The position numbers were made by a program, and so were the translations under genes. Under the pieces are notes generated by a model. The model was not told where the DNA came from and made no database searches. It was given only the letters and a program-made list of their open reading frames with translations. From the human T2T-CHM13v2.0 reference genome, Homo sapiens: DNA of 64,000 nucleotides. The stretch lies in the NCBI RefSeq assembly GCF_009914755.1, contig NC_060939.1. One strand, 5' to 3'. Below are positions 22,756 through 46,460 of this stretch, piece by piece (the first letter of the stretch is position 1; each line of letters begins with the position of its first letter).

Positions 22756-24956
22756 AGTGATCCACCTGCCTTGGCCTCACAAAGTGCTGGGATTACAGGC
22801 AGGAGCCACCATGCCTGGCCCCATGTATATTTTTATGTGTATAAACATGCATACATTTCCTGGCTCTCTCCAATGAAAGAACCATGAAGCAAAGATGCCA
22901 TAGTTGCTCGGTGCGGTGGCTCACGCCTGTAATCCCAACACTTTGGGAAACTGCGTGGGTGGATCACTTGAGTCCGGGAGTTCAAGACCAGTTTGGGCAA
23001 CGTGGTCAAATCCTGTCTCTATAAAAAAATAAATAAATAAATTTTAAAAAGATGCCTTAGTAACAACAAACACACCCATCACCTAGATCTTTGCTGTTTC
23101 ATAACCATTCCTCACTCAAGGGAACCAGGGCTCTTCAGAGAAACGGATAAGTTTATGCGTGGGCAGGATGGATACAAGATGAACCTGGAACATCTTGCTA
23201 TACCAGAAAGTAAAGAAGTGCTCAAAAAAGACAGTGGGGGCGTGTCACAAAGACAGAAGAGCCAGCTTGAAGGGTTTCCCTTTGGCCAAATCTGGGACTA
23301 TTTGAGCATCAAAATAAGTTCAATAATGAACCATTGAAAAATACAGAGATTTATAAGTCCATACTCATAATTAATAAATAAATTACTTTGGGAGTTCGAG
23401 GACGGAGGATCACTTGAGTCCAGGAGTTTGAGACCAGCTTGGACAACATAGTGAGAACCCACCTCTACAAAAAAATAATTTAAAAAATTAGCATGGCATA
23501 TCAGCACACGCTTGTATTCCTAGCTAACTGGAGGGTTGCTGAGGCAGGAGAATTGCTTGAGCCCAGGAGTTTCAAGTTATAGTGAGCTATGACTGTGCCA
23601 CTGCAGTCCAGCCAGGGTGACAAAGAAGACTCTGTCTCTAAGGTAAGTAAAGTAAGTAAATGAATACATGGGTAGAAAGGAGTTCTCTTGCTTACAGTGC
23701 AGGAGTTGGAAAATCATTCCTTTGCAATTGTAATGGTAAAGATTGAACCAGACAAGAAATACCAATGGATGTTAAATCCAGGGGGACTTTAAAAACATTG
23801 ATACGATACAATTAATGAAGCTAAGAACCTTATTCCAACTCTCCCCAGTAATTATTTCACTAATGTTCTCTTTATGTTCCAGGATCCCACTCAGCATCCT
23901 ACATTGCTCTTAGTTGTCATTTCCCCCTGATTTCCTACACTCTGCAATAGTTCTCAGTCTTTCCTTATCTCTGTTGATCATGATAGCCCTGAGGAGTATT
24001 GATTAGTTGTTTTGCTGAATGTGTCTCATTTAGGGCCTGTTTGGTGGTGTCTCATGATTGGACCAATGTCTTGTATCCCTGGCATAAGGACCACAGAAAT
24101 GGTACCATGCCCTTTTTAGTGTATCAAATCACTGAGCTCTTGATGTCAGTGTTATTCCTGGTGATACTGACTTTGATAACCTGGTAACAGTGGTTTCTGC
24201 TGGGCTTTTCCATTTTACAGGAAGAAAATTAGATGAGGAGCAAGATATTTGCATGATCTTAAAGTGTCTCCCTATAAATTGCTTACTGGTGGCAAAGGGA
24301 CAGGGTGGGGGAAGTAATTATAAAGTGGGATCAGAATATCACCAATGAGGGACAGATGGACATCATGTGCTTCCTGATGTGATACTCCGAGAATGACATG
24401 ATATCACCTGTGTTCTTGTGAGACCGCATAAACTCAATCTAGCCACAAGGAAACATCAGACAACACAAAATGAGGAATGTTCTATTTTTTAAAAACTAAA
24501 ATTTATTTGGATTATGCTGTTAACTTGGTAGTTACAGTCTGCCAATTAATTTTAAAGCCTTCTGAGGTAACAGGGATACTTAAATCTTACTTGCTCTATT
24601 TCTGAGTTTTAAAATGTAGTAAAAAGCATAACTGAACATGGTCAAAAGAAAGACTGAAGATCACATAAGTGGAAGGAGGAAGAAGGGGAGTAGAGGACAG
24701 AGTCAATAGAAGAAAATTAACATTCGTTGAGTACTTGTCGTGTGTTAGGCTCTGTGCAAATTCTTCTCCCCTTTATCTCAGTCCTTTGAGGTGGGGAAAT
24801 GGACACACATAACAGATTAAGTTGCCTGAGGTTTTATAGCTAGTAAATGGCATAGCTAGGATTTACATCCAGGGCTTCTGATTCTGGATCCAGCTTTTTT
24901 TCCCTCTTCCTATGCCACACTGCTTTCTGTTGAAACTGAACTATTTCAAAAAGAGT

Positions 24957-25172
24957 CAACAGCTTCTCAGCCTTGGCAGTGCTCACGTTTTGGCTCGGAT
25001 AAATCTTTGTTGTGGTGGGCTGTCCAGTGCATTGCAGAATGTTTGATAGCATCTCTTACCTCTACCCACTAGATTCCAACAGCATCCTTCCAGTTGTGAC
25101 AACCAGAAATGTTTCTAGACATTGTCTAGTGTCCCCTGGGGGACAAAAATCACTGGTTGAGAACTGCTGCTC
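24957..25172 (+). mobile_element. MER20-like hAT MITE
   Basis: TTCTCAGCCTTGGCAGT...GGGCTGTCCAGTGCATTGCAGAATGTTT...GGTTGAGAACTGCTG. Confidence 0.75.
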
Positions 25173-25699
25173 TAAGGGTTATGTCAAGGACCAAGTACTC
25201 TGTTGGAAGGTATAGGCAAGAGTAGTCAGATACTTCTTTATTATATATTTAATAGAGAGATGGACTCCAGCTAGAAACACCAGCCTCATGTACTTGTGGA
25301 AGAGAGAGTTTATTGTTTTATTAGTCTTGGCTTCTGTGACACCTCTCTCTCGAGATTATCCTCCAATGTTATTGACTTCACTTTCTCCATTGTCTTTGCT
25401 GGCAGCTGCTTCTCTTTTTAATGACTGACTCTTGGTGTTTCTCTTCTTTATATTCTTTCCTGGATGGTCTCATCTGTTTCCATTGATGCTCCACTTGGCA
25501 TATTTCATTGTCATCTATTTGGCACTTCCACTTGGATATCTCAGAGTAGTGGTTCTGAGCCTCACAGCAGACCCGAATCATAAACTGTGGGTAGATCCTG
25601 GAAATTTAGTAAGCTCTCAGGGTGATTTAGATGCTTCCTTAATCCCAAATTTTCAGCACGTAAACAGATGGTGCCACTATCCACCAGCTAGCTGCTTAA

Positions 25700-26034
<335 letters not shown>

Positions 26035-26141
26035 GATTTCTTTTCCTTCATCACCACCCCCTACTTCCCTTCCAAACTAAGGAATTTCTATTCTTAGTTC
26101 TCAAATATTTATCTTAGATCTATCTACTTTTCTTCATCGCC

Positions 26142-26592
26142 TGTATTAGTGTGCTAGGGCTGCTGTTACAATGTATCACAAATTGGGTAGCTTAAATAGC
26201 AGCAATGTAATGTTTCACAGTTCTGGAGACTAGAAGTGCAAGATCAAGTGTTGTCAGGGTTGGTTCCTTTTGAGGGCTATGAGAATTTGTTCTGTGTCTC
26301 TCACCTAGCTTCTGGTGGTTTGTTGGCAACCTTTAGCATTCCTTGGCTTGTATCACCTGATATCTGCTTTCATCTTCACCTGACATTCCCCCTGTTTGTG
26401 TTTCTGTGTCCAGAGTTCCCCTTTTTATAAGGGCATTAGTCTTTGGATTAGGACCCATCCTAATGACCTCAACTAATCTCACCTACAAGAAGAGCCCAAT
26501 TTCCAAATAAGGTCACATTCTGAAATACTGGGGGTTAGAGCTTCAACATATGAAATTTGGGGTTGTGGGGAGGACACAATTCAATTCATAAT
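26142..26592 (-). mobile_element. MaLR LTR (MLT1B/C-like)
   Basis: TGTATTAGTGTGCTAGGGCTGCTG...AAGGTCACATTCTGA...GGACACAATTCAA. Confidence 0.75.
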
Positions 26593-27489
26593 GCCTCTAT
26601 TACTTTGGTCTAGGCCACTGTCATCTCTCTCTTAAACATGGTAGCAGTCTACTAACAGGTATCCCCATTTCACTCTTAAACCCCCATAACTCATTCTCCA
26701 CACAAGGAGCAAGGATGATTTTTGAAAAATCTATCATCCCATTTCCTTCTTTTCTCTTTAGTAACTTCCGTTGCACTTAGAGAAAAGCTAAACTTCCTAC
26801 CATGGCCTGTAAGATTCTTCATAATCTGGTCCTTTCCCGTTTCTCTTCAAACTCATCTTCTACTACTCTTTTCTTTATTATTCTCCAGCCATGTTGATTT
26901 TTTTTTTTTTAAGCAAGGCTTTGGCCTCAAATATGCCAAGTTCTTTGCTGCTTCTTGGACATTGCACGTGATCATACTTCCATCTGGAATATCCTTCTCT
27001 AACGCCTTTGAATAATTAGCTCCTTCTTGTCCGCCAGGTCTCTACTTAAATGTCACCTACTTCTGAGAAGCTTCCCCTTACTACCCTAGAGGAAATTTCC
27101 TTCCTTTCCTCACTTATTGTCTATCTCAGCCTCTTATTTGGTTCTTTTACAATTTTTTTCTGCCATCCTTTCCCCTCCTGCTCTGTTATGAACTCTGAGT
27201 CAAATTACTATGTCTGTTTTGTTCATCTTTATAACATGCCTAAGGAAAATAACATGCTCAAAAAGTATTTGTTGGATGAATGTATGTTCCCAACTTAGTG
27301 CTAAGTTATAAACATAAATGTTTATAGAATGAGTAAGAATAGATTTTAGTCTTGACAATCCAGGATCATATTAAGATATACCCTCCTCTGTCTAAAAATT
27401 ATGGTGTTTGTAATACTTGGCGTCTCTGAATGATCTGAACGTGACAGAAGAGTACTTTTTCATATTGAGTGTTTAGGTCATTGGGGTAA

Positions 27490-27615
<126 letters not shown>

Positions 27616-28364
27616 TAATGTCACTTCTGTCTGTCTCCTGCATTCATTGGTAGATTTGTTTAGTTTTCGTACTTTTCTTACGGTTTGAAGCCCCACTGGA
27701 ACATTTTCCATGTTTTGAGGATTCTACAGAATCAACTACAGCAGCAGTTTCCTGTCTAGTGGACTTAAGTAATTTTACTGAAGGGAGTTTGAAGTGGCTA
27801 CCTGAGATTGCGTTGCTGATTTGGGGGCCTATAATTACAGAATGTGCTTTTCGTAAAATCTGCTTTGGTTTACTTGTGCTTTTAAGATTGTGGAGAAGAG
27901 AACAGCAATGTTTAATACATAATCCATGCTTAGCAAGGGGCAAGTAACCTCTGGGGTTTAATGAAATGGGGTATCTTAAGGTGCCTTATATAGAGATTCT
28001 TCATGCCCGCTGAGACGTATTTGTTTTCTTGTCTTGAACAAGGGCTAGTTTAAATTGTTGCAGATTGTGATTTATAGTGGTTTTATAAATTCTGGTAGGA
28101 TAAAATTTTACAAGGCAAAAATTAAAAGTGTCTTTGGACTCTTAATTAGGTATGTTAACTTGGTTTATTTTTCTTCCCCCAAGTAAATTAGATCTCTGCT
28201 GCAAGGGTACAAAAACACATCTTCCTATTCATGAAAGAACTTTCAAGATTGGTTGAGTCAACCTGTATGGAAACTTGCTAAATATTTTATAGAAATATCA
28301 GAGAAAAGGAAATAATTAAAGATCAATAGCAACTGCCTACGTACACTACTACTAAATGGAAGAG

Positions 28365-28950
28365 CAATTCTATGGCTTTTAGTATATTCAGAGTTGTGTA
28401 TCCATTACCACAATTGATTTTAAAACAATTTCCTTACCCCTGAAAGAAGGTTTGCATCTCTTAGATGTCACCTCTCCAAACCCCTAGTCCATTCCAGTCC
28501 TAAGAAACCACGAATCTACTTTTTGTCTCTACAGATTTGTCTATTCTGGACATTTCATTTAGTGGAATCATTCTATATATGGTCCTTTGTGACTGACTTC
28601 TTTCGTTTATAATGTTACAAAGGTTCCTCTATGTTGTAATATGTATCAGTACTTTATTTTTACTGCTGAATAATATTCCATTATGTGGATATACAACATT
28701 TTTCCATTCATGAGTTGATGAAGACTTAAGTTGTATCTATTTTCTGGCCATTATAATACTACTATGAACATTTGTGTATAAATTTTTGTGCGGACATGTT
28801 TTCCTTTCTCTTGGATATATATCTAGGAGTGGAATTGCCGGATCATGTGGAAACTCTTATGTTTAACTGAGAAACCGCCAAACTGTTTTCCAATGTGGCT
28901 GGATTAGGATGCCAATTTTTTCACATCCTCATCAACACTTGTTATTATCT
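28365..28950 (-). mobile_element. L1MB-like 3' fragment
   Basis: Antisense L1 3'UTR text (CTATTCTGGACATTTCAT, CTAGGAGTGGAATTGC, CAAACTGTTTTCCA). Confidence 0.75.
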
Positions 28951-29539
28951 TTTTTTTTCAGTTTTGATTTATTTTCATCACTTTTTCTACATGATCCAGA
29001 TATTTTAAAATGCAAAGAAAATTAACTTTAATGATATGTTCCAGGATCGGCACTAAAAAAAAATTTTCAGACTGCAAATGAATTATACAAATGAAAATAT
29101 CAAATGGAGATCCCCTTATCCAAATGAAAGCACTCAACTTATTAAAAGTTCACAAGTATTTGTATAGAGCACATTAAAAAAGTCAGCTTGCTAAATGTTT
29201 TGATTTTAAAGAACGATTGCAGAAGTCTGAAGAAAATAGATTAGTTATTAAATTTGGGTTACTGGACTTCTCAAAAGCTGTAAGACCTATTAGAAGGTTA
29301 CTTCATCCTGTAATTATTAAAATAATAGGTAGATGAAGAAAAGATGACATTTTAGTCCCTTTATTTTGGCTAAATTAAGCACTTTTTCAAAGCCCTTAAC
29401 CATTGCTGTTCTAAGCACCGTAGTAATCAGTCGTTTGATAATTCTGTTTTTTTGTATTTAACTACAAACCTGTTCGTTTTTCCTATTTACCTGTCAATGT
29501 TGTAAGACTTGTTTCTGAACCCCCTGTTTAAAACAATAA

Positions 29540-29704
<165 letters not shown>

Positions 29705-29810
29705 TAGGTTTTTGAGGGTTTGTAATTTGTTGAGGGAAGGAAAACTTAAGTGCCCAACCTAGCATAGTCCTTATTTATGAGTAAGACCTGTTGTTAAAAA
29801 ACAAAGAAGC

Positions 29811-30202
<392 letters not shown>

Positions 30203-30412
30203 TCAGGGAACCGATACAGGATTCTAACTTTTGAAGCCCTTCACAATTATAACTACGTACCAGACAGAGCAGAATGATTCCATAAATCCCTTATGGGACC
30301 AGTTCTGGATCTCGGTCAATTCATTTATTTCAGCAAAAGACTTTATTTCTTAGAAAGATTTATCAAACATTGGATTTCTGCTTGAGATTTCCTTTATCCT
30401 GTGAACTTTTAG

Positions 30413-30707
<295 letters not shown>

Positions 30708-32246
30708 TGAGTCTTGTTAATATGTATAACTTTCTTAGGAATACAAGTGGCGGAAAAAAAACCACTTTATTTCAGGAATTTATGTCTGGAGGTTTTAAGT
30801 CCTTCTTTTTTGTTGTTTTTAATATAACACTATAAAACTATTTAGTCTGCAATGAATTAGTGAGAAAGAAATGATTTACTATATTCTGTCCTCTAAGACT
30901 GTTCATATAGTTTTATTTGCTTGACTGTATCTTCTTACAGCAATTTAGTGTGTTAAGATACACATAATTAAATGTTAATTTAGTGTGTTTAATGCTCCAA
31001 TCTAAGCATTATTGGAGTCTCAAGGTCGTGAAGGCTGGGAAAGTCACCCTGCTGCTGCATCTTTTCTTTTTTTCTTTTTTCTTTTTTTTTTGAGGGAGTA
31101 GAATATACAAGTGATGTATCCTTTAACCAGTAATTGTATTTCTGGGAATCTACATTAAAGAATGACTGCAACATACAAGAAAATCCTCACATATGAACAT
31201 GTTCAACACAGAAATTTGTGACCAGTATAAGCATACAGTAATAGAGACATGTAAACTATGTAAGTTAAGGTAGAGCCACTCCATGACATTTATACCTATT
31301 AAAAGTGAAATGTATACATCAAAGATGAAAAATTCTAACCATATAATTAACAAAGAGATTACTATGTTATATAATACTGTGATTGCGTGTAGGTTTGTTA
31401 AAAAGAACAAGAAGGGAATACCCAAGATTATCTAAACCAGAGATAATTGCTTTTATGGTTCCTTACATAAGATCCCTTACATAAATCATTTTAAGCATGT
31501 ATTTGTCAATTAATTTGTTTTTAATTACACAAGAGTTTATTCAATACATACTGTAATATACCTTGCATTTTTTATTTAATACAACTGTCCATGTCAGCAT
31601 ATACAACTCTACATCATTCTTTTTAATGGTTTGCAGTAATCTATTATTTGGCTAATCTACAATTGTCAGATTATTTGGTTATTTCCAGTTTTTGTGCTAT
31701 TACAAAGAGTGTTGCAATGAATGTCTTTTTTAATTTTAAATAGAGATGGGAATCTTGCTTTATTGGCCAGGCTGGTCTCTTGAACTCCTGGCCTCAAGGG
31801 ATCCTCCTCCTTTGGCCTCCCAAAGTGTTGGGATAATAAGCATGAGCCACTGCACCTGGCCTGAACATCTTTATATATCTAGATGACCTTTTATAAGCAT
31901 GTACATGGCATATATTTCAAATAGTAAATTGGGTAGATCTGTGATTATGTGCATTTTTAAAGTTGATAACTACTGCCAGCTTGTCATACATTCCCTAAAA
32001 CGGTATGTGAATAGAGTTTGTTTTCCACAATCTCACCAACATTGGGTATCATCAGAATTTTGATTTTGCGAGTCGGGTAGGTTAACAACTGCTATTTCAT
32101 TGTTTTAAATGGTATTTATTTGATCTTGTTTCTCGGTATTGCAAAATCAAACTTGAATTGGCCCTGTTTTTTTGTCCTCATTAATTTTACAAAGTTATAT
32201 CTAAATAAGTTGTAAAGAAATAAACTTTGTCATTTTCTTCTACCAG

Positions 32247-32288
32247 GTGGGATCAGCAATATGTAATCCAACTCACCTCCATGTTCAA
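32247..32288 (+). CDS. FANCI: FANCI exon 7
   Basis: WDQQYVIQLTSMF; 42 nt. Confidence 0.93.
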
Positions 32289-32707
32289 GTAAGCATCATC
32301 TTTTCCCTTTTCTTTGTGTATCCTGCTTTGTGAACTTACTTGCTAGAAATTAAACTATAGCAAACGTAAACATCACTCTCTCCTGATTGTAAGAATATTA
32401 GTAGTTATGTTTTCTGTTACAGATTCACAGATTCCCTCCTCACTCCTGCCTCCTTTTTGGCTTTACTTACTTATTTAAAACATAACTTTATTTTTTTTAT
32501 AAGAATGACTTTGCTTAGGTAAGGTTATTGGTTCCCTTAAAGGTTCTTCATTAGAGAAAAATCAAAAGGGACAGTTATAATAATCTATTATCTCTTTAAT
32601 TCTCTGCTCCCAAGTTTCATTTCTTAAAATATGTTTAATGGAATTTTAACCACTGTAAAGCCCTGAATTGAATTTCTGAAAACAAGGCAGTTAGACACTG
32701 TCTATAG

Positions 32708-32893
<186 letters not shown>

Positions 32894-32942
32894 TGACCAG
32901 TTATGACCATTCAACTTATTCATACCCTTGGTTTATATAGCA

Positions 32943-33018
32943 GAGCAAACATAGCCGAACATAGATGCTTTCATTTCACGTGAGCAAACATAGCCGAACA
33001 TAGATGCTTTCATTTCAC
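32943..33018. repeat. Perfect 37-bp direct repeat (period 39)
   Basis: GAGCAAACATAGCCGAACATAGATGCTTTCATTTCAC at 32943-32979 and 32982-33018. Confidence 0.97.
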
Positions 33019-33289
33019 ATATAGTGGTTTGGTCTGGTAAAAGGATCATACTTCTCATCCAAGGAAAACATGCATTATCTCTTGTATTGCCACATTTTCT
33101 TTGCGGAGGTAAAAGGGATAAAGATCTCAGAAAGGGTAGACTATAGGCCCCATAAATTCTTACAGTAAGAGGTATTTCAAATCTTGTTTCAACATGAAAG
33201 TGTTCTATACATTCTTAGTTTGAGTCTAAGTCATAGATTATTTATTTAAATTTGTACTGGAGAATTCTTTAAGCTGAAAACTACTTTGA

Positions 33290-33436
<147 letters not shown>

Positions 33437-33967
33437 TGAGTAATATAGTGTAGAAATAAAGATCATTTTTACAAATTCATCTTCTCATTGTGTATTTTAG
33501 CTATTTCATTTTCTTCTCTCTCACCGCCTACCTTCACCTCAGCACAAAACTTTTCTAATCTTCTCTTAGCTACTCAGTAATAAAGAGAATAACATGATCT
33601 CTTCAGCTCTTTCATTTTCACCTTTCCAGGAAAATAATTGTCCTATAAGCTGCAAGTTTAAAACCTATTTATTAGGTGTCAGCTCTCTGCCAGGAACTGT
33701 TTAGCCTTGGGGCTACCGTGCTGAACCAGTCAGACAATGTCCCTGCTCTTGTAGAACTTCAATTTTAGTGAGAAGAGGAAAGAAAATAAATAACAAGAAA
33801 AATGTTATAGTAAAAGTGCTATGCAGGTAATTCAAATGGATGATCTACCACTGACAGTATAGCTACTTTAGATTGGGTCAGGGAAAACCTCTCTCAGATG
33901 TGCTATTTTAACTGAAGCCTGAATGATAAGATCCATAATATATAGATCAGAGAACATTCTCAGGTAG

Positions 33968-37194
<3,227 letters not shown>

Positions 37195-37206
37195 TATAGC
37201 TCATAA

Positions 37207-37368
<162 letters not shown>

Positions 37369-37879
37369 TAAGGTGATCTGGGTCTCTTTTGAATGAAAGT
37401 GTTTGAACTTAAGCCACTGTTATGCCAGTTAATGACAGGAAATAAATACTGTAAAATGACCCTGGGTGTGGAGGATCTCTTTTTTTTTTTTTACTTTAAA
37501 AGTGGAAAATACATGATGTTACCACACTCCCTTTTTTTTAATGTCCTCACTTTAGCAGTATACCACATCCTTAAGCAAGCCAGAAAGTTCTATTTAAAAA
37601 AACCCTCAAAAGTTCTAACGCAAAAAAGTGGGAAAAAAGGTGAGAACTATTCAGCAGGAAACTCAAAATCTAATTCTAAGTAGATTATGTGTCACTGTCT
37701 TATGTGACCTTCAGCTATGGCCTCTGCTTTCTCATTTATGAACTAGGATGTTGCATCTAGTAGTATATCGTGGAGTTGTGTGATGCTAAGTCATTCATCA
37801 TGAAGTATTTGTAAAGCAGTAAAATAAAACTCAGAAGTGTTTTAAACTATATTAAAAGTAGTGTACAGATATATTTGTT

Positions 37880-41470
<3,591 letters not shown>

Positions 41471-41547
41471 CAAGGACCTATTTTTATTTTTTATTACTAT
41501 TAAAAAATGTTTTTTATGTCTCTCGAGTCATAAGGACTTTTTTGGGG

Positions 41548-42306
<759 letters not shown>

Positions 42307-42937
42307 TAAAATGCCATTTTGTTTCTTTCTGTAGTTGGTAAAAAAAAAAAAAAAAAAAAAAAATCACAGTAATCTGTTTTTGTTGTATCCGTTCCTAAAC
42401 AATTTTATCCCCTTCCTGCCAGCAGCAAAGCTGCAATAAGACATGTATGTCCCCTCTGTTCTCTGGGGATTGATGGAAAACTTTTACAGGTTTTTGGTTT
42501 ATTCCTCCGTTTCCTGTTGTGTGGTAAGCTAGGTAGTGAGGTGGGAATAAGAGTGGAAGGATACCACACAGCCCCAGTTGGAGGAAGGGACAATTTAGCT
42601 GGATATTCACCAGCAGTTTTACTATGTTGTAGCTTTCCAAGAGTAGGTTAGTTGCAAGGATGAAATTTACAATTTTTTTCTTATATGTGTTCCAGGTTGT
42701 GGGTAATATTTATATTGACTTTTAGCCTTTTTTCCCCCTTTTTTCTTAAGGAAGGCTTGTCTTCAGCTCCTTAAAGTTCCCACTGAATGTCATAATTTTT
42801 GTAACATCTTCATCTAGTTAAAATAGTTGTCATAGGGATATATGTGAATGGCAGCTCATAGGAACAGTTATAAGGTTAAGATTTATAGCATGAGCTATAT
42901 AATATTTGCTTTATTTTCTTATTTCTTTCATTCTGTT

Positions 42938-43133
<196 letters not shown>

Positions 43134-43409
43134 TAAGTTGGTGAACCATATCTCAAAAGGTTTATAAGGTGTTTAATGTTAGAAAATGCAATGTGATATC
43201 ATACTTGCAGCCTGTGAGGGGAAACTGATGACTTAACAGCTGTTGACGTCACACATCGAGGTTCATTTTCTTAAAACTGGTAGAGCATACTTTTTCCCTA
43301 TGGAAATATCCTTGAATCTCAGGCCCTGGTTTCTTGGCCACCTTGACAGCAAGCATACAAAACTGAATTAGTTGCTTTTGTTTATTCCATGATATTACAA
43401 TTCTCTATT

Positions 43410-44060
43410 TTCCTTTTCTTTCTTTCCTTTTTTTTTTTTTTTTTTTTTTTGAGACAGAGTCTCACTCTGTCACCGAGGCTGGAGTGTAGTGCCACAATCT
43501 TGGCTCACTGCACCCTTGACCTCCTGGGCTCAAGCAATCCTCCCACCTGAACCTCTCGAGTACCTGGTATTACAGGCATGCTCCACCATGCCCAAGTAAT
43601 TTTTGCGTTTTTTGTAGAGACAGAGTTTCGCCATATTGCCCAGGCTGGTCTTGAACTTCTGAGCTCAAGCAATCCACCTGCCTTGGCCTCCCAAAGTGCT
43701 GGGATTACAGGCTTGAGCCACCGGTCCTGGCCGTTTCTTTTCCTTTTTAAAGGAAACAGTCTCACTATGTTGCCCAGGCTGGAGTGCAATGGCTATTCAC
43801 AGGCTCTATTATAGCACGGTAAAGCCTCAAACTCCTGGCCTCAAGTGATGCTCCCACCTCAGTAGCTGGGACTATAGGCATGTAGCCCTGTGCCTGGCTT
43901 GGCCTTTCTTCTTTTTTTTTTTTTTTTTTTTCTGAAGACGTAGGAACTTTTCACTATGTTGCCCAGGCTAGACTTGATCTTCTGGGCTCAACTGATCCTC
44001 CTGCCTCAGCCTCTCAAGTAGCTGGGACAATAATAGGTGCATGCCACTGCATCTGACTCA
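43410..44060 (-). mobile_element. Antisense Alu cluster (AluJ + monomers)
   Basis: Poly-T starts and Alu consensus. Confidence 0.85.
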
Positions 44061-45521
44061 TGGCCTCTTTTTAAAGTGAGTAAAAAACATTAAGAGTTTT
44101 ATTTACTTTGTTGAAATTTGGAGCGTACAGTTGGAATTCAATTATTGATTAGCCAGTTTAGAGAAATTCATTTAAAACCACATGGAAAACATCAGTAACT
44201 GTCCTGGTTTTTATTTTAATTTCAGGATATACATTAGCTGTTGTAACAGTCTTTACTATGTCATGCTTTCACTGTGTATTAAATATATTTTAAAGTTTCA
44301 TAATTTAAGCATAATTTATGGTAGGCCTCTTCTAGGCCTGGAATTCTTGTTTATTAATAGATTGAATTTACATGAGCTTTGCAGTAGGGCAAATTTGAAA
44401 TTAGAGTTTATTGTTTGAGTGTTTTACCCATTGTTAGGCCTTAAAGCTTTTTAATCTTTGTATCTCATTATTCTTTTTCCTGAGGTTTATACTTGTGTCT
44501 CCAGTATTTTCCCAACCCAATCTCTTAAAGTTGGGCTAAAGAAGGAGGTACTCACTAACCAGGAAATTCCTGGAAAGCTTCCCATCTTCTGGAAATCTCA
44601 ACTGTCATAGGACTTGAAAGCATCTCCATGTATAATTAGCCTGGAGTGGGTACTTGCCACTGGGTGGGACCAAACCTCAGCTGGGAGAGATTTGGATAGC
44701 CTTATTAGATCCTCTAAAATAACTGGCTGGTTAGTTACACATGCTTGCCCCAGTCAGTTAATGAACCTTTAAATAATGCATTCTCCATTTTATGTAATTG
44801 AATTTTTGGCTCTTCAGAGTATGAATATTGTTAACTCTGTTAAAGTCTTATAATTTATCCATAACTGTCTACTTCATTCTGTAGTGCTGCATTATAATTT
44901 GTTGCAATTTAACAGGTAGATATAATGGATAAAGGTTATATTCACATTATTTCCACTGTGGGGTATAACATTAAGTGGTATAAAACCACCAATGATTCTA
45001 CTCTTTTACAAAAGATTATTTGTAGTTTTAGCTTATGCTGTTGATACCAGATCACTCATCCATTTATAGTATAAATATCTACTGAGTGTCTTTTATATGC
45101 CACCCTTGTGCTAAGCAATGTGGGTAAAAATATGACTATACTATGACCTCTCTCCTAGAGAATCTCTGTCTTTGGAGGGGAGCTAATTTGTAAGCCTCTA
45201 CATAAGCGTTGTCAGTGCTGTAGGGTAATAGAAGAGGCAGCAATGAACTTCTCATCATGAAATCTTGAATAGGAATCTTTAATTTTTTTAATACTCTCTA
45301 GCTTCTGGATTTTCCCAGTATTCTGTGTGTCATTGGAGACCACTTGCCTGCTGTTCCCATTATGGTACATTTAGGAATTCAGAATTCTGTCAGACGATGT
45401 GTGTAAAGAAAAGGTTTATATGCAGAGTACGTTGATTATCTAGGTCAAGTTTGGGAAATGTATAACAGGGCAATGAGTATAAAGGTAAGAATATCTCACT
45501 AAGTTTTTCTTTTTTAACTAA

Positions 45522-45761
<240 letters not shown>

Positions 45762-46130
45762 TAATCCAAGTAGGGCTTGGCATTTGCCTGGGAGTTTGGT
45801 GGACAAGGAAATTTGAGTATGTATTAGTTTGACAGAGGATATATGACAGAGATTAGGATAATATTGAAACATTATAGATCCAGTTTGATGGAATACTTAC
45901 TTACGTATTCTTCTATGTAAGTTTTTCATTTATTCCACTTAATCCAATTGTTTCTGACCTAGAAGTTTGAATATAAGACAGCTTTTTCATGATTTTTCCT
46001 TCTTCTTCCAGAAGTAAACCATTTCTAGTTTTTGTTTTGTTTTGTTTTAATGCTGTTCCTTTACACAGAAGAAATTTTTTTAGGTCACTGTAGAGCATCA
46101 AGCTTAAAGAATCATGCTTAAGAATTTTTA

Positions 46131-46460
<330 letters not shown>

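Noticed and set aside
32943-33018. 37-bp direct repeat of CRISPR-like length
   Set aside because: Only two copies, a 2-nt gap and a eukaryotic intron context; simple tandem duplication
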